64,000 nucleotides of DNA, from contig JBIKKL010000001.1 in assembly GCA_044360365.1 (NCBI GenBank), forward strand, positions 3,531-67,530. Reading direction: 5' to 3'. Source of the DNA: Burkholderiales bacterium (GTDB lineage Bacteria > Pseudomonadota > Gammaproteobacteria > Burkholderiales > WYBJ01). A model generated the notes under the pieces. It was not told the DNA's origin. It did not search any database and saw nothing but the letters and a program-made list of their open reading frames with translations. Both the position numbers and the translations under genes were made by a program. This document shows, one piece after another, positions 19,800 through 29,826 of this stretch (positions are counted from its first letter, which is position 1; every line of letters starts with the position of its first letter).

Positions 19800-21633
19800 G
19801 CCTCTGCGCAGCAATCGTGAGCACGGCGTCCCCATACCGCTCCAGCCGCTTCGCCCCTATCCCCGAAATGTTCGCCAATGCATCGAGCGAGGTCGGCGTC
19901 ACCTGAGCGATGGCGATCAGCGTCGCATCGTGCAGAATGACGTACGCCGGCACCCCTTGCCGCTTGGCCTCCTCGGCACGCCAGCTCTTGAGCCGCCCCA
20001 ACAGCGAATCGTCGACTTGCGCGGTGAGATTTGCCCGCATGCGCTGGCGGAACTTGCGTTCGGTCGTGCGCTCCGGCGCACGTCGCATCTCGACGGCACA
20101 CTCGCCGCGAAGGATCGGCCGCGCTGACTCGGTCAGGCGCAGCGCGCCATAGGCTTCGTGATCGACGGCGACATGGCCGAGCGCCACGAGCTGGCGCAGG
20201 ATGTTGCGCCACTGGGGATCGTCGATATCGGCACCGATACCGAAAACGCTGAGCTTCTGATGATCCCAGCGGGCGATCCGCTCGTTGGCACGACCGCGCA
20301 GCACGTCGACGACATGCACCGCACCGAAGCGCTGCCCCGTGCGGTAGATTGCGGATAAAGCCTTGCGCGAGGGCTCGGTCGCATCCCAGGTGTGCGGCGG
20401 ATCGATACAGGTGTCGCAATTGCCGCACGGGGAAGACGGTTCACCAAAGTAGGCAAGCAGTCCCACGCGTCTGCATTGCGCGCTTTCGCACAGGGCGAGG
20501 AGCGCATCGAGCTTGGCCGTGGCGACTCGCTTGTGGGCATCACCGGCGTCCGACATCTCGATCAGCCGCCGCTGCTGAACCAGGTCGGCAAGCCCATAGG
20601 CCATCCAGGCGTCGGCAGGCAGTCCGTCGCGCCCGGCGCGCCCCGTTTCCTGGTAGTAGCCTTCCACGCTCTTCGGCAGATCGAGATGAGCGACAAAGCG
20701 AACATCGGGCTTGTCGATCCCCATCCCGAAGGCGATGGTTGCCACGATCACCACCCCCTCTTCGCGCTGAAAGCGCGCCTGGTTTTCGTTGCGATCCTCC
20801 GTTGTCATGCCCGCATGGTAGGCAAGCGCGTTGATGCCATTGCTGCGCAGCCAATGCGCGGTCTCTTCGACCTTGCGCCTCGACAGGCAGTACACGATGC
20901 CGGCATCGCCCATGTGATCGGCCGCGATGAAGCGCAGCAACTGGTTGCGTCCATCGACCTTGTCGACGATGGTGTAGCGGATGTTCGGCCGATCGAAGCT
21001 CGACACGAAGATGCGCGCCTCGCCGAGCGCCAGGCGCTGCACGATCTCGCTTCGCGTTTGCGGATCGGCAGTGGCCGTGAGCGCAACGCGGGGAACATCG
21101 GGAAACCGCTCGTGCAGTATCGAGAGCTGCAAGTACTCCGGACGGAAGTCGTGCCCCCACTGCGACACGCAATGCGCCTCGTCGATGGCGAAGAGCGCAA
21201 GCTCGGCGCGTGAAATCAGGTCCAGGCAGCGTGCCGTCGTCAGGCGCTCGGGAGCCACGTAGAGCAGATCGAGTCGTCCCCCGACGAAGTCCTCCTCGAC
21301 GCGGCGAGCCTCGTCGATGCCGAGGGTCGAATTCAGGAATGCGGCCTTCACCCCGAGTTGTGAAAGGGCCGCCACCTGATCCTGCATCAACGCGATGAGC
21401 GGTGAAACCACGACCGCCGTTCCTCGCCGCAGGAGTGCCGGCAGCTGATAGCAGACCGACTTGCCGCCGCCGGTCGGCATGAGCACCAGTGCATCGCCGC
21501 CACCGCTGACGTGATCGACGATCTCGCGTTGCGGGCCGCGAAACTCGGGATGGCCGAAGACGGTGCGCAGGGTGGCGAGTGCGGGATCTGCGTCTGCCAT
21601 GCGATCTCGAACCGCGCCCTGCGAACTCGTCAT
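19768..21633 (-). CDS. recQ: ATP-dependent DNA helicase RecQ
   Basis: [32 protein letters not shown], the zinc motif CGNCDTC, and a C-terminal HRDC-like region. Confidence 0.95.
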   Translation of the reverse strand: MTSSQGAVRDRMADADPALATLRTVFGHPEFRGPQREIVDHVSGGGDALVLMPTGGGKSVCYQLPALLRRGTAVVVSPLIALMQDQVAALSQLGVKAAFLNSTLGIDEARRVEEDFVGGRLDLLYVAPERLTTARCLDLISRAELALFAIDEAHCVSQWGHDFRPEYLQLSILHERFPDVPRVALTATADPQTRSEIVQRLALGEARIFVSSFDRPNIRYTIVDKVDGRNQLLRFIAADHMGDAGIVYCLSRRKVEETAHWLRSNGINALAYHAGMTTEDRNENQARFQREEGVVIVATIAFGMGIDKPDVRFVAHLDLPKSVEGYYQETGRAGRDGLPADAWMAYGLADLVQQRRLIEMSDAGDAHKRVATAKLDALLALCESAQCRRVGLLAYFGEPSSPCGNCDTCIDPPHTWDATEPSRKALSAIYRTGQRFGAVHVVDVLRGRANERIARWDHQKLSVFGIGADIDDPQWRNILRQLVALGHVAVDHEAYGALRLTESARPILRGECAVEMRRAPERTTERKFRQRMRANLTAQVDDSLLGRLKSWRAEEAKRQGVPAYVILHDATLIAIAQVTPTSLDALANISGIGAKRLERYGDAVLTIAAQRREEGKGKGEG

Positions 21634-23033
21634 CGCCCGCCCGAAGCGCGAATGCCGGGCAGCTTCTCTTCGTCCTTGAGTGCGCGCAACGATTTGTGCC
21701 AGGCATCGAGCGTGTACGCGATGTCCGTGTCGGTGTGCACTGCCGACACGATGCCGCCGCGATAGCCCTTGAGATCCACGCCGTGGTTCAGCATCGCGAG
21801 GCGCAGCTTCGACAACATGCGTTCGTCCTTGCCCTTGAGGGCTTCGATGGTGAGCGTGCGCGCATCGAAGTCGGTTGGCCGGATCGGCTCACCCAACGGA
21901 TTCGAATGCAGATGAAAGAACGAATGCTCGCCGTAGATGGCCCAGGAGATGTTCTCCTCTTCCAGGATCTCGTTCATGCCCGTGCGAAGCTTCGCGGCCG
22001 TGGCCGACGCTCGTTCGCAAGCGTCGGTATCGCGGATGATGTCGAGCGTCGCGATACCCGCCGCGGCGCTCAAGGGGTGCGCATTGTGCGTGCCCTGATG
22101 ATTGATGCGCTCGCGCTTCGCTGCGGCGGCCGCTTCGAAATCGAGCCAGTCGAGGATTTCCCTGCGCGCGCCCACGGCACCGCCCGGCATGCCGCCGGCG
22201 ACGATCTTCGCCATCGTCGTGATGTCGGGCGTGACGCCGTAAAGCGCCTGCGCCCCGCCCTTGTGGACGCGAAAGCACGTGACGACTTCATCGAAGATGA
22301 GCAGCGCACCGTGACGCGTCGTGACCTGACGCAGCGCGTTGAGCACTTCCGGCGAGGTCGGAATCATGCCCGAGCTGCTGCCGATCGGCTCCATGATCAC
22401 GGCGGCAACGTCCTTGTTCTGCGCGAGCACCCGCTCGATGGCAGCGACATCGTTGGGCGGCACCAGCGAGGTATGCGACGCAACATCGGCCAGCACACCG
22501 ACCGACGCACTGCCGTCGAGATGATCGTTGACGCCGAACGACACCTGGTCGTGCCAGCCATGGAAATGGCTTTGAAAGCGGACGATGCGTCCGCGCCCGG
22601 TGGCGGCACGCGCCAATCGAATCGCAAGTTGCGTCGCCTCCGTGCCGGACGACGTGAAACGCACCCGCTCGGCCGACGGGACGAGCGCTTGAATCCGGCG
22701 CGCCCATTCGATCTCGAGTTCGTTGGCCGCGGCCAGATGCATGCCCTTGCCGAGCTGGGCCTGAATGGCCGCCACGACCTTCGGATGCTGATGACCGAGG
22801 ATCAGCGAGCCGTGGCCACCGTAGTAGTCGACGTACTCGTTGCCGTCGACATCCCATTTGTGCGAGCCGTGCGCATGATCCCCGTAGATGGAATACGGCC
22901 AGGTGCGGCGCGAATCGTGAACGATGCCGCTCGGCAGCAGGTCACGCGCCTGCCTTGCGAGCGCTTCGGCCTTCGGCGTGCGTGACCGATAGGCGGCAAG
23001 AATTTTCGATTCGGTGTTCGATCCGTCGGCCAT
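21630..23033 (-). CDS. Class III (omega/GSA-type) aminotransferase
   Basis: [28 protein letters not shown], and the PLP lysine in [10 protein letters not shown]. The start is at MADGSN with a GAGGAG SD. The stop overlaps the recQ ATG (ATGA). Confidence 0.9.
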   Translation of the reverse strand: MADGSNTESKILAAYRSRTPKAEALARQARDLLPSGIVHDSRRTWPYSIYGDHAHGSHKWDVDGNEYVDYYGGHGSLILGHQHPKVVAAIQAQLGKGMHLAAANELEIEWARRIQALVPSAERVRFTSSGTEATQLAIRLARAATGRGRIVRFQSHFHGWHDQVSFGVNDHLDGSASVGVLADVASHTSLVPPNDVAAIERVLAQNKDVAAVIMEPIGSSSGMIPTSPEVLNALRQVTTRHGALLIFDEVVTCFRVHKGGAQALYGVTPDITTMAKIVAGGMPGGAVGARREILDWLDFEAAAAAKRERINHQGTHNAHPLSAAAGIATLDIIRDTDACERASATAAKLRTGMNEILEEENISWAIYGEHSFFHLHSNPLGEPIRPTDFDARTLTIEALKGKDERMLSKLRLAMLNHGVDLKGYRGGIVSAVHTDTDIAYTLDAWHKSLRALKDEEKLPGIRASGGR

Positions 23034-23115
23034 GTCGAGACTCCTCGGGTTGCAATGCTTGTCGTGATGCCGGCGAACGCCGGCAAGCGCTGACGCGGTG
23101 GGGATCGCCGATGCG

Positions 23116-24093
23116 TCAGCGAATCTGAATCGGCCTGCCGCGCGTCGAAGACTTCTCGATCGCCTCCAGCACCGCGACGCCATTGACGATATCCGCCGGG
23201 GACACGAGAAACTTCTCGCCCGCCGCAACCGCCGCGGCGAATGCCTCGAGTTCCGCGCGCTCGCGGTCGACCGCCGGAAAGCTCATCGTCTGCGCCGGAC
23301 CGGACAACCCCCGCGCGACGAGTTCGGTATCGCTGCGCAATTCGAGCCATCCCTTCGTGCCCAGCGCCTGCACGCGCCAGTAGTCGCCTGTGACGAACAC
23401 GCTGGTGAGACAGCCGCTCGTTCCGTTGGCGAACTTGAGCAGCATCGTGGTGGTGTCGTCGATGTCGATCTCGTCGGGCAGGCAGAGCTTCTGGGAACTC
23501 GCATATACCGTCGCAACGTGGCCTGCGATGCGGATCATGCAATCGAGCGCATGGACCCCACGCGCCGTCATGCCGCCGCCGGGCGCCTCTTTGCGCGTGG
23601 AGCGCCAGTAACCGGGCTTCAGGCCGTGACCGGTGCCGCCCGAGTTCTGCCCCTCGACATGAACGACGCGGCCGATGTCGCCGGCTTCGATCCGCCGCAG
23701 CATTTCGACGAAAGAGGGCGCGTAGCGCCGGTTGAATCCCAGCACCAGCGTCACGCCGGCTTCCTTGCAGGCATCGATCGCACGCTCGGCGCTCGCCCGC
23801 GTCAAGGTGAACGGCTTCTCGACGAAGACGTGCTTGCCGGCCTTCGCGGCCTGGACGATCTGCGTGGCATGCTGACTGTGCGGCGTGGCAAGGATCACCG
23901 CGTCGATCTGAGGGTCCTTCAATACGCGGGCATACGAAGAGACGACACGAATACCGCACTTCTGCGCGAGTTCGGCGTGCTTGCCGGGATCCCGCGAGAT
24001 GCCGGTCGTGATACGCAGGGCGTCGCTATCCTGGACAGACTCCAGCAGGCGCTGCCCCCAGCGCCCCAGCCCGTACATCGCTGCCTTGAGCAT
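23116..24093 (-). CDS. Gfo/Idh/MocA family oxidoreductase
   Basis: MLKAAMYGLGRWGQ is an N-terminal Rossmann motif, followed by the EKP motif (VFVEKPF). The length is 325 aa. Confidence 0.9.
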   Translation of the reverse strand: MLKAAMYGLGRWGQRLLESVQDSDALRITTGISRDPGKHAELAQKCGIRVVSSYARVLKDPQIDAVILATPHSQHATQIVQAAKAGKHVFVEKPFTLTRASAERAIDACKEAGVTLVLGFNRRYAPSFVEMLRRIEAGDIGRVVHVEGQNSGGTGHGLKPGYWRSTRKEAPGGGMTARGVHALDCMIRIAGHVATVYASSQKLCLPDEIDIDDTTTMLLKFANGTSGCLTSVFVTGDYWRVQALGTKGWLELRSDTELVARGLSGPAQTMSFPAVDRERAELEAFAAAVAAGEKFLVSPADIVNGVAVLEAIEKSSTRGRPIQIR

Positions 24094-24120
24094 CCTCCGG
24101 CCTCCCTGTTCAGATTCGGA

Positions 24121-24810
24121 TCAGCGCTTGCCGTGCACGCGCGCGGCTTCTGCCCGTGACATCCCCGCGAGCACGGATGTCGTGACCTTCTCGTTGAGCG
24201 CCGCGACCTGCTCTGCGCCGGCAACGATGTCAGCAGCGATGGCCGCCGGAATGACGATGGCCCCGTCGTGGTCGGCGAGCACGAGATCCCCGGTGTTCGC
24301 GGTCACCATGCCGCCGACGCCACGAAGGTCGATGGGGGCGTCGATCGCGGTCATCGCGAAGCGGCCGACGAAGCGCAGTGCATGCGAACCTCTGGCCAGC
24401 ACCGGCAAAGCGCACTGAGCGATCTCTTCGCCGTCGCGCACCATGCCATCGACGATGACGCCGCTGACGCCTCGCCGCTGCAGGGAGAGCGCAAGTCCGC
24501 CGCCGAGCACCGCGGCATCATCGTAGCTGCCTGTGGCGTACAGCAGCACGGCACCGGCGGGCACCCGGTCGTCAAGACTGTCGTAGAGCGGATCGCGCCC
24601 CGTGGGCATGGCGAGCCGGCCCGCGGCGTTGAGCTTGCGACCTTCGATGCAAAAGGCGATGCCTGCAAACTTCTGCGCCCGGCCGATCGCGCACAGTTCC
24701 TTCGCGAGCACGGGCGGTACAAGTGCGCGCTTGTCGAACTCGTCGGCGACATCGGCCACCGACAGGCGCCATAGCCGGGCTACGAGGGTATCGGATGCTT
24801 GGTTCATCAT
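24121..24810 (-). CDS. RraA-family protein (4-hydroxy-4-methyl-2-oxoglutarate / CHA aldolase-like)
   Basis: GGLALSLQRRGVSGVIVDGMVRD and GDLVLADHDGAIVIPA are typical RraA/HMG-aldolase motifs. The start is at MMNQ; the longer ORF runs to 24870. Confidence 0.8.
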   Translation of the reverse strand: MMNQASDTLVARLWRLSVADVADEFDKRALVPPVLAKELCAIGRAQKFAGIAFCIEGRKLNAAGRLAMPTGRDPLYDSLDDRVPAGAVLLYATGSYDDAAVLGGGLALSLQRRGVSGVIVDGMVRDGEEIAQCALPVLARGSHALRFVGRFAMTAIDAPIDLRGVGGMVTANTGDLVLADHDGAIVIPAAIAADIVAGAEQVAALNEKVTTSVLAGMSRAEAARVHGKR

Positions 24811-24971
24811 TGCAGCAAAGAAGTTGGATTGACCGCGAAGGGGGCCAGGAGCACGATCGATTATAGGCACGATTGCATCGCGGCAGAGGCAACCCCCGAC
24901 AAATTCGGGAGCACCCCCATGCTATAGTCGACACGCAGCTTTTGCCGTCGCGACGTGGAGGAGATGCCCGC

Positions 24972-26369
24972 ATGGGACGTACGCTGTTCGAGAAGATCTG
25001 GCACCGGCATGTCATCACCGAGGGGCCAGGCGGCGATTCGCTTCTCTTCGTCGATCGCCACTATCTGCACGAGGGTTCCTTCCACGCGTTCCGCGCCCTG
25101 GAACGCGCTGGCCAGCCGGTGCGCAGCCCACGCCACTGTTTCGCCTTCGACGACCATTACGTGCCGACCGCCGATCGCCACCTCGGCATCGCCGGTGTCG
25201 CCGATGCCGAAGCGCGTGGCCTGATCGAGTACCTCGCCCGCAACGCGGCGACGCACGGCATCCGCCACTTTGCCATGGACGCCGCTCAGCAGGGGATCGT
25301 GCATGTCGCCGCGCCCGAACTGGGTCTGACGCTCCCCGGGCTCGTCCTCAACTGCGGCGATTCGCATACCTCGACGCACGGTGCATTCGGCACACTCGCT
25401 TTCGGCATCGGCGCCTCGCAGGTCAAGCAGGTGCTCGCCACGCAGTGCATCTGGCAGAAGAAGCCCCGCAGCATGCGGGTGACCATCGACGGCACGCTGG
25501 GCGCAGGCGTCACGGCAAAGGACGTGATCCTCGCCGTCATCGCGAAAATCGGCATCGGCGGCGCCCAGGGGCACGTCGTCGAGTACGCGGGCGCGGCAGT
25601 GCGTGCACTGTCCATGGAAGCGCGCATGACGATGTGCAACATGTCGATCGAAGCCGGTGCCCGGGCGGGCATGGTTGCGCCGGACGACACGACGTTTCGA
25701 TACCTTGCAGGGCGGCCGTATTCGCCTTCGGGCGCAACCTGGGATCAGGCCTTGGCATACTGGCGCACCTTGCCGAGCGACGCGGATGCGACATTCGATC
25801 GAGATGTCGCCCTGGACGGCAGTGCGCTCGAACCCATGGTCACCTGGGGGACCAATCCCGAGGAGGGTGTCGCCGTGAGCGCGACCGTGCCGGATCCGGC
25901 GATGCAATCCGATCCTGCGCGGCGCGAACGCATGGAAGCCTCGTTGCGCTACATGGGGCTCACGCCGGGGACGCGCATGACCGACATCGCGGTCGATCGC
26001 GTCTTCATCGGCTCGTGCACCAACGGCCGGCTGGAGGATCTGCGCGCCGCGGCGGCGATTGCCAAAGGGCGCAAGGCGAAGGTGCCGACCCTGGTGTCGC
26101 CGGGATCGCGCACGGTGAAGGCGGCTGCCGAAGCCGAAGGGCTCGACCAGATCTTTCGCGAAGCCGGTTTCGACTGGCGCGACGCCGGCTGCTCGATGTG
26201 CGTCGGCATGAACGGGGACCAAGTGCCCGCCGGCATGCGCAGCGCTTCGACTTCGAACCGCAATTTCGAAGGCCGCCAGGGCAAGAACGCTCGAACGCAT
26301 CTCGTGGGGCCCGCCATGGCCGCGGCCGCTGCGGTGACCGGACGCATCACCGACGTTCGCAGCTTGTAG
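24972..26369 (+). CDS. leuC: 3-isopropylmalate-dehydratase-type hydro-lyase, large subunit (LeuC-like; probably a catabolic paralog)
   Basis: [34 protein letters not shown], and CSMCVGMN, which supply the three [4Fe-4S] cysteines. GGAGGAG SD. Confidence 0.9.
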   Translation: MGRTLFEKIWHRHVITEGPGGDSLLFVDRHYLHEGSFHAFRALERAGQPVRSPRHCFAFDDHYVPTADRHLGIAGVADAEARGLIEYLARNAATHGIRHFAMDAAQQGIVHVAAPELGLTLPGLVLNCGDSHTSTHGAFGTLAFGIGASQVKQVLATQCIWQKKPRSMRVTIDGTLGAGVTAKDVILAVIAKIGIGGAQGHVVEYAGAAVRALSMEARMTMCNMSIEAGARAGMVAPDDTTFRYLAGRPYSPSGATWDQALAYWRTLPSDADATFDRDVALDGSALEPMVTWGTNPEEGVAVSATVPDPAMQSDPARRERMEASLRYMGLTPGTRMTDIAVDRVFIGSCTNGRLEDLRAAAAIAKGRKAKVPTLVSPGSRTVKAAAEAEGLDQIFREAGFDWRDAGCSMCVGMNGDQVPAGMRSASTSNRNFEGRQGKNARTHLVGPAMAAAAAVTGRITDVRSL

Positions 26370-26383
26370 AAGGACAAGAGCGC

Positions 26384-26995
26384 ATGGAACCCTTCACGAA
26401 ACTGACCGCCACTGCGGCACCGATCGACATCCTCAACTGCGATACCGATCGCATCATTCCCGCGCGCTTCCTGCGCAAGCCGCGCGAGCCGGGCTTCGAG
26501 CGCTGGCTCTTTCACGACATACGCTTCGATGCCGAGGGCAACGAGCGCCCGGAGTTCATCCTCAACCAGCCGGCATATCGGAACGCGCGCATCCTCGTGG
26601 CCGATGCGAACTACGGCTGCGGTTCGTCGCGCGAAGCTGCCGTATACGTCATGTACGACTACGGCATCCGCAGCGTGATCGCGCCCTCGTTCGGCGACAT
26701 CCACTATGGCAACGCCTTGCAGAACGGTTTCCTGCCGATCGTGCTGACGCACGAGGAATGTCAGCGCCTGCGCTCGCAACTGCACGAAAAACCCGGTGCT
26801 GAAATCAGCGTCGACCTGCCCGCGCAAACGGTGACTGGTCCCGACGGCATCGTGTACCGGTTCGAAATCGATCCGGCCGCGAAGGAGCGGCTCGTCAAGG
26901 GTCTCGATGACGTAGGCCTGGTGCTGCAGCACATCGAGCGCATCGAGGGCTTCGAGGAGCGGTATTTCGAGGAGCAGCCTTGGGCGAAAGTGTGA
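26384..26995 (+). CDS. leuD: 3-isopropylmalate-dehydratase-type hydro-lyase, small subunit (LeuD-like)
   Basis: DTDRIIPARFL, YGCGSSREAA, and SFGDIHYGNALQNG. The start is 15 nt after the leuC-like stop. Confidence 0.9.
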   Translation: MEPFTKLTATAAPIDILNCDTDRIIPARFLRKPREPGFERWLFHDIRFDAEGNERPEFILNQPAYRNARILVADANYGCGSSREAAVYVMYDYGIRSVIAPSFGDIHYGNALQNGFLPIVLTHEECQRLRSQLHEKPGAEISVDLPAQTVTGPDGIVYRFEIDPAAKERLVKGLDDVGLVLQHIERIEGFEERYFEEQPWAKV

Positions 26996-27086
26996 CTCGA
27001 TGCTGGGCAATGAGCCCGTATCCGTTCGCGAGGCCGAATGCTCAGTGCGCAGATCTCGCGGGCCAGGAATTCGAGTGCGCCGGCAC

Positions 27087-27911
27087 TCACCACCCGATCC
27101 ACTGACATAACCCGCGCCCCATCACCCACGCGAGGTCGTCGCCCTTCAGCCACGGGATCTCCTGCGTGAACATCGTGACGCCCTGGCGATAGCTGCACGG
27201 CAGGCGTGACAGATCGGTGCCCCAGAAGGTGCGCTGGGGACCAAAGGCATCGAACACCTGCCGGATGTACTCGTGGGTGTACCGGTATGGATAAGGGTCC
27301 GTCGTATAGCCGGGAAAGCAGCTCACCTTCGCCGCCACGTTCGGGCGCTTCGCGATGGCAAGCATCTTGTCGAAGTCCCTGAACGCTTCGTGGTCGCGTT
27401 TGCTGCTGTCGAGCGCGCAGTGATCCATCACGAGCTTCAAGGCCGGATACCGCGCAGCCACGTCGTCGATCAGATGCACCGTCGCGTGCTTCACGAGGAC
27501 GAATATCGGCAGCCCCTGCCGCTCGCATTCGGCCCAGACCCAATCCATTCGACCTTCGGTCAGGATCGGTTCGGAGAACGGGCGATGCAGCGAGAAGCGC
27601 AGCCCGAGCATGCCTTGAGAGCGCCAGCGCTGGAGTTTCTCCTGCGCGTCGGCAGCGTCCGGGTCGAGACGGCCCATCACGGCGAACCTTTCGGGGTGGG
27701 CACGCGCGGCGGCAATCGCCAGATCGTTGCGCTCTCCCTCCCAGGAAGGCGGCACGAGCACGGCGCGATCGACGCTCGCTTCGTTCATCTCCCGCAGCAG
27801 TTCATCGGGGCCGAGCGGCTGCGGCCGATGCGCCTTGTGCCGACCCGGGGGCCACGGGCGCTCCGGCGTGTCCGCGGCCCAAACGTGCACCTGTGCATCG
27901 GCGATCAGCAT
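27087..27911 (-). CDS. Amidohydrolase-2 family protein (TIM-barrel lactonase/decarboxylase type, LigI/fuconolactonase-like)
   Basis: MLIADAQVHVW is the N-terminal metal-binding HxH-like motif. VMDHCA follows, and the length is 274 aa. Confidence 0.85.
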   Translation of the reverse strand: MLIADAQVHVWAADTPERPWPPGRHKAHRPQPLGPDELLREMNEASVDRAVLVPPSWEGERNDLAIAAARAHPERFAVMGRLDPDAADAQEKLQRWRSQGMLGLRFSLHRPFSEPILTEGRMDWVWAECERQGLPIFVLVKHATVHLIDDVAARYPALKLVMDHCALDSSKRDHEAFRDFDKMLAIAKRPNVAAKVSCFPGYTTDPYPYRYTHEYIRQVFDAFGPQRTFWGTDLSRLPCSYRQGVTMFTQEIPWLKGDDLAWVMGRGLCQWIGW

Positions 27912-27945
27912 CGTGTTCTCCTTCCCTCATGCCAGAACATCTCGC

Positions 27946-27972
27946 TCGACACGGCGAGCTCCAGGCGATAAT
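27946..27972 (+). promoter_or_regulatory. Candidate sigma70 promoter for proC-yggT-yggU-dynamin (TCGACA-N15-GATAAT)
   Basis: Read directly. The -35 matches the consensus at 5 of 6 positions, the spacer is short, and the element lies about 100 nt upstream of proC. Confidence 0.3.
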
Positions 27973-28075
27973 AGCTGCAAGCACCGTGAGCGGGATCGCG
28001 TTGTCATGAAATCCCGTCGCACACTCCGAGAACGACAATGACACCCGCGGCGTTTGGCGCAGGAGAAGGACTGAC

Positions 28076-28897
28076 ATGCACGACAAGATCGCATTCGTGG
28101 GCGGCGGCAACATGGCAAGTGCCCTGATCGGTGGGCTTATTGGGAACGGCGTGCCTGCAGCCTCGCTCAGCGCCGTGGACATCGCGGCCGAACAGCGCGA
28201 ACGCCTCACCGCGAAATTCGGCATCAAGGTTTCCGCAGGTGCAGCCGATATCGCAGTCGAGGCCGATACGATCGTCCTCGCGGTCAAGCCGCAGAGCATG
28301 CACGAGGTGGCGAAAAGCATCGCGCCGTTGCTGCGACAGCAGCTCGTCGTGACGATCGCCGCCGGCATACGCACTTCGGATCTCGCCCGCTGGCTCGGCA
28401 ACTACTCGCGCATCGTGCGCGTCATGCCGAACACCCCGGCACTGATTGGCGCCGGCGTGTCCGGGCTTTATGCCTGCCCGGAGGTGAGTGCTGCCGAGCG
28501 GGCGCGAGCCGAAACCATTCTGCAGGCCGTGGGGACATCGATCTGGGTCGACCGGGAGGATCTGATCGATGCCGTCACCGCCGTCTCGGGCAGCGGGCCG
28601 GCCTATGTGTTCTATTTCATCGAAGCCGTGAGAAAGGCTGCGCTGGAGATGGGCTTCTCGTCGGCGGATGCACAAAAGCTCGTGATGGGTACGTTCGATG
28701 GCGCCGTGCGGCTGGCGCAGACAAGCGACGAAGATGTGGCCCTACTGCGGCAACGGGTGACTTCCAAGGGCGGGACCACCGAGCGCGCGCTCGCGGCAAT
28801 GGAGAGCGGCGGCGTGGGCAACGGCATCGTAAGTGCGGTACATGCCGCGATGACGCGTGCCGGCGAGCTGGGCGACGAACTCGGAAAGGCGGAATAA
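28076..28897 (+). CDS. proC: Pyrroline-5-carboxylate reductase
   Basis: IAFVGGGNMASALIGGL, MPNTPALIG, and TSKGGTTERAL. Confidence 0.95.
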   Translation: MHDKIAFVGGGNMASALIGGLIGNGVPAASLSAVDIAAEQRERLTAKFGIKVSAGAADIAVEADTIVLAVKPQSMHEVAKSIAPLLRQQLVVTIAAGIRTSDLARWLGNYSRIVRVMPNTPALIGAGVSGLYACPEVSAAERARAETILQAVGTSIWVDREDLIDAVTAVSGSGPAYVFYFIEAVRKAALEMGFSSADAQKLVMGTFDGAVRLAQTSDEDVALLRQRVTSKGGTTERALAAMESGGVGNGIVSAVHAAMTRAGELGDELGKAE

Positions 28898-29473
28898 ATG
28901 TTTGCGCAAGCCGCAAGCTTCCTCGCCGAAGTGGTGATCGGGCTATTCTCCCTCGCCCTGCTGTTGCGCTTTTTCCTGCAGCTGGTACGTGCGCCGTTTC
29001 GCAATCCCGTTTCGCAGTTCGTCGCGGCACTTACCGACTTCATGGTGAAGCCGGCCCGCCGATTCATCCCGGGCCTGTGGGGAATAGACCTTGCCACGCT
29101 CGTCCTGGCCTGGTTGTGCGAAGTCCTGCTGCTCGTCGTGCTGCTCGCCATTCGCGGCGTCGAGCCCGGCGCACTCGGGGCAACGGCATTCATGGGCATC
29201 CTCGTGCTGGGACTGATCAAGCTGCTCAAGACGAGCGTCTACATCGTGATGGTCGCTCTCTTCGTGCAGGCCATCATGTCCTGGTTCGGCACCTACAGCC
29301 CGCTCGCCCCGATCCTCAACGCCCTCACCCAACCCCTGCTCGGCCCACTGCAAAAGCGCATGCCCCTCATCGGCAACGTGGATTTGTCGCCCCTGGTACT
29401 CATCGTAATCCTGCAGCTGGTACTGATGGTGCCGATTGCCTGGCTCGAGATGACCGTCACGAGGCTTTTTTGA
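28898..29473 (+). CDS. yggT: YggT family membrane protein
   Basis: Four hydrophobic segments, and the two-repeat YGGT layout (LLLRFFLQLV...; ...QAIMSWF). The ATG directly follows the proC stop. Confidence 0.85.
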   Translation: MFAQAASFLAEVVIGLFSLALLLRFFLQLVRAPFRNPVSQFVAALTDFMVKPARRFIPGLWGIDLATLVLAWLCEVLLLVVLLAIRGVEPGALGATAFMGILVLGLIKLLKTSVYIVMVALFVQAIMSWFGTYSPLAPILNALTQPLLGPLQKRMPLIGNVDLSPLVLIVILQLVLMVPIAWLEMTVTRLF

Positions 29474-29499
29474 CCGCTGCGGCGGATCGCAACACGCAG

Positions 29500-29826
29500 A
29501 TGTCCGGGCCGCTGCCCCCGTGGGCAAAACCCGGAACAGGCGGACAAACCGTCGTGCTGACCCTGCACATCCAGCCCGGCGCATCGAAAATCGGCCCCGC
29601 CGGACGTCATGGCAGCGCATTGAAGCTGCGGATATCGGCCCCTGCTGCCGATAACAAGGCGAACGAGGCTTTGATCGAGTATCTGCGCGACGCTTTCGGA
29701 CTGCCGAAGACCAGCGTGCGGATCACCCGTGGCGCGCATTCGCGCCAAAAGGTCGTCGAAATCGATGCGCTCCCGGCGAGGCTGGTGGCGCAGCTTTGCG
29801 CATGGGATGCAGGGACACCGTCATGA
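29500..29826 (+). CDS. yggU: DUF167 (YggU) family protein
   Basis: LTLHIQPGASK...LKLRISAPAADNKANEALIEYL...V.I..G..SR.K is the DUF167 signature. Confidence 0.8.
   Translation: MSGPLPPWAKPGTGGQTVVLTLHIQPGASKIGPAGRHGSALKLRISAPAADNKANEALIEYLRDAFGLPKTSVRITRGAHSRQKVVEIDALPARLVAQLCAWDAGTPS

Noticed and set aside
24972-26995. Whether the LeuC/LeuD pair is the housekeeping leucine-biosynthesis enzyme.
   Set aside because: - No leuB or leuA is adjacent.
- The pair is embedded among catabolic-type genes.
- I therefore treat it as a paralog. This cannot be proven without the rest of the genome.
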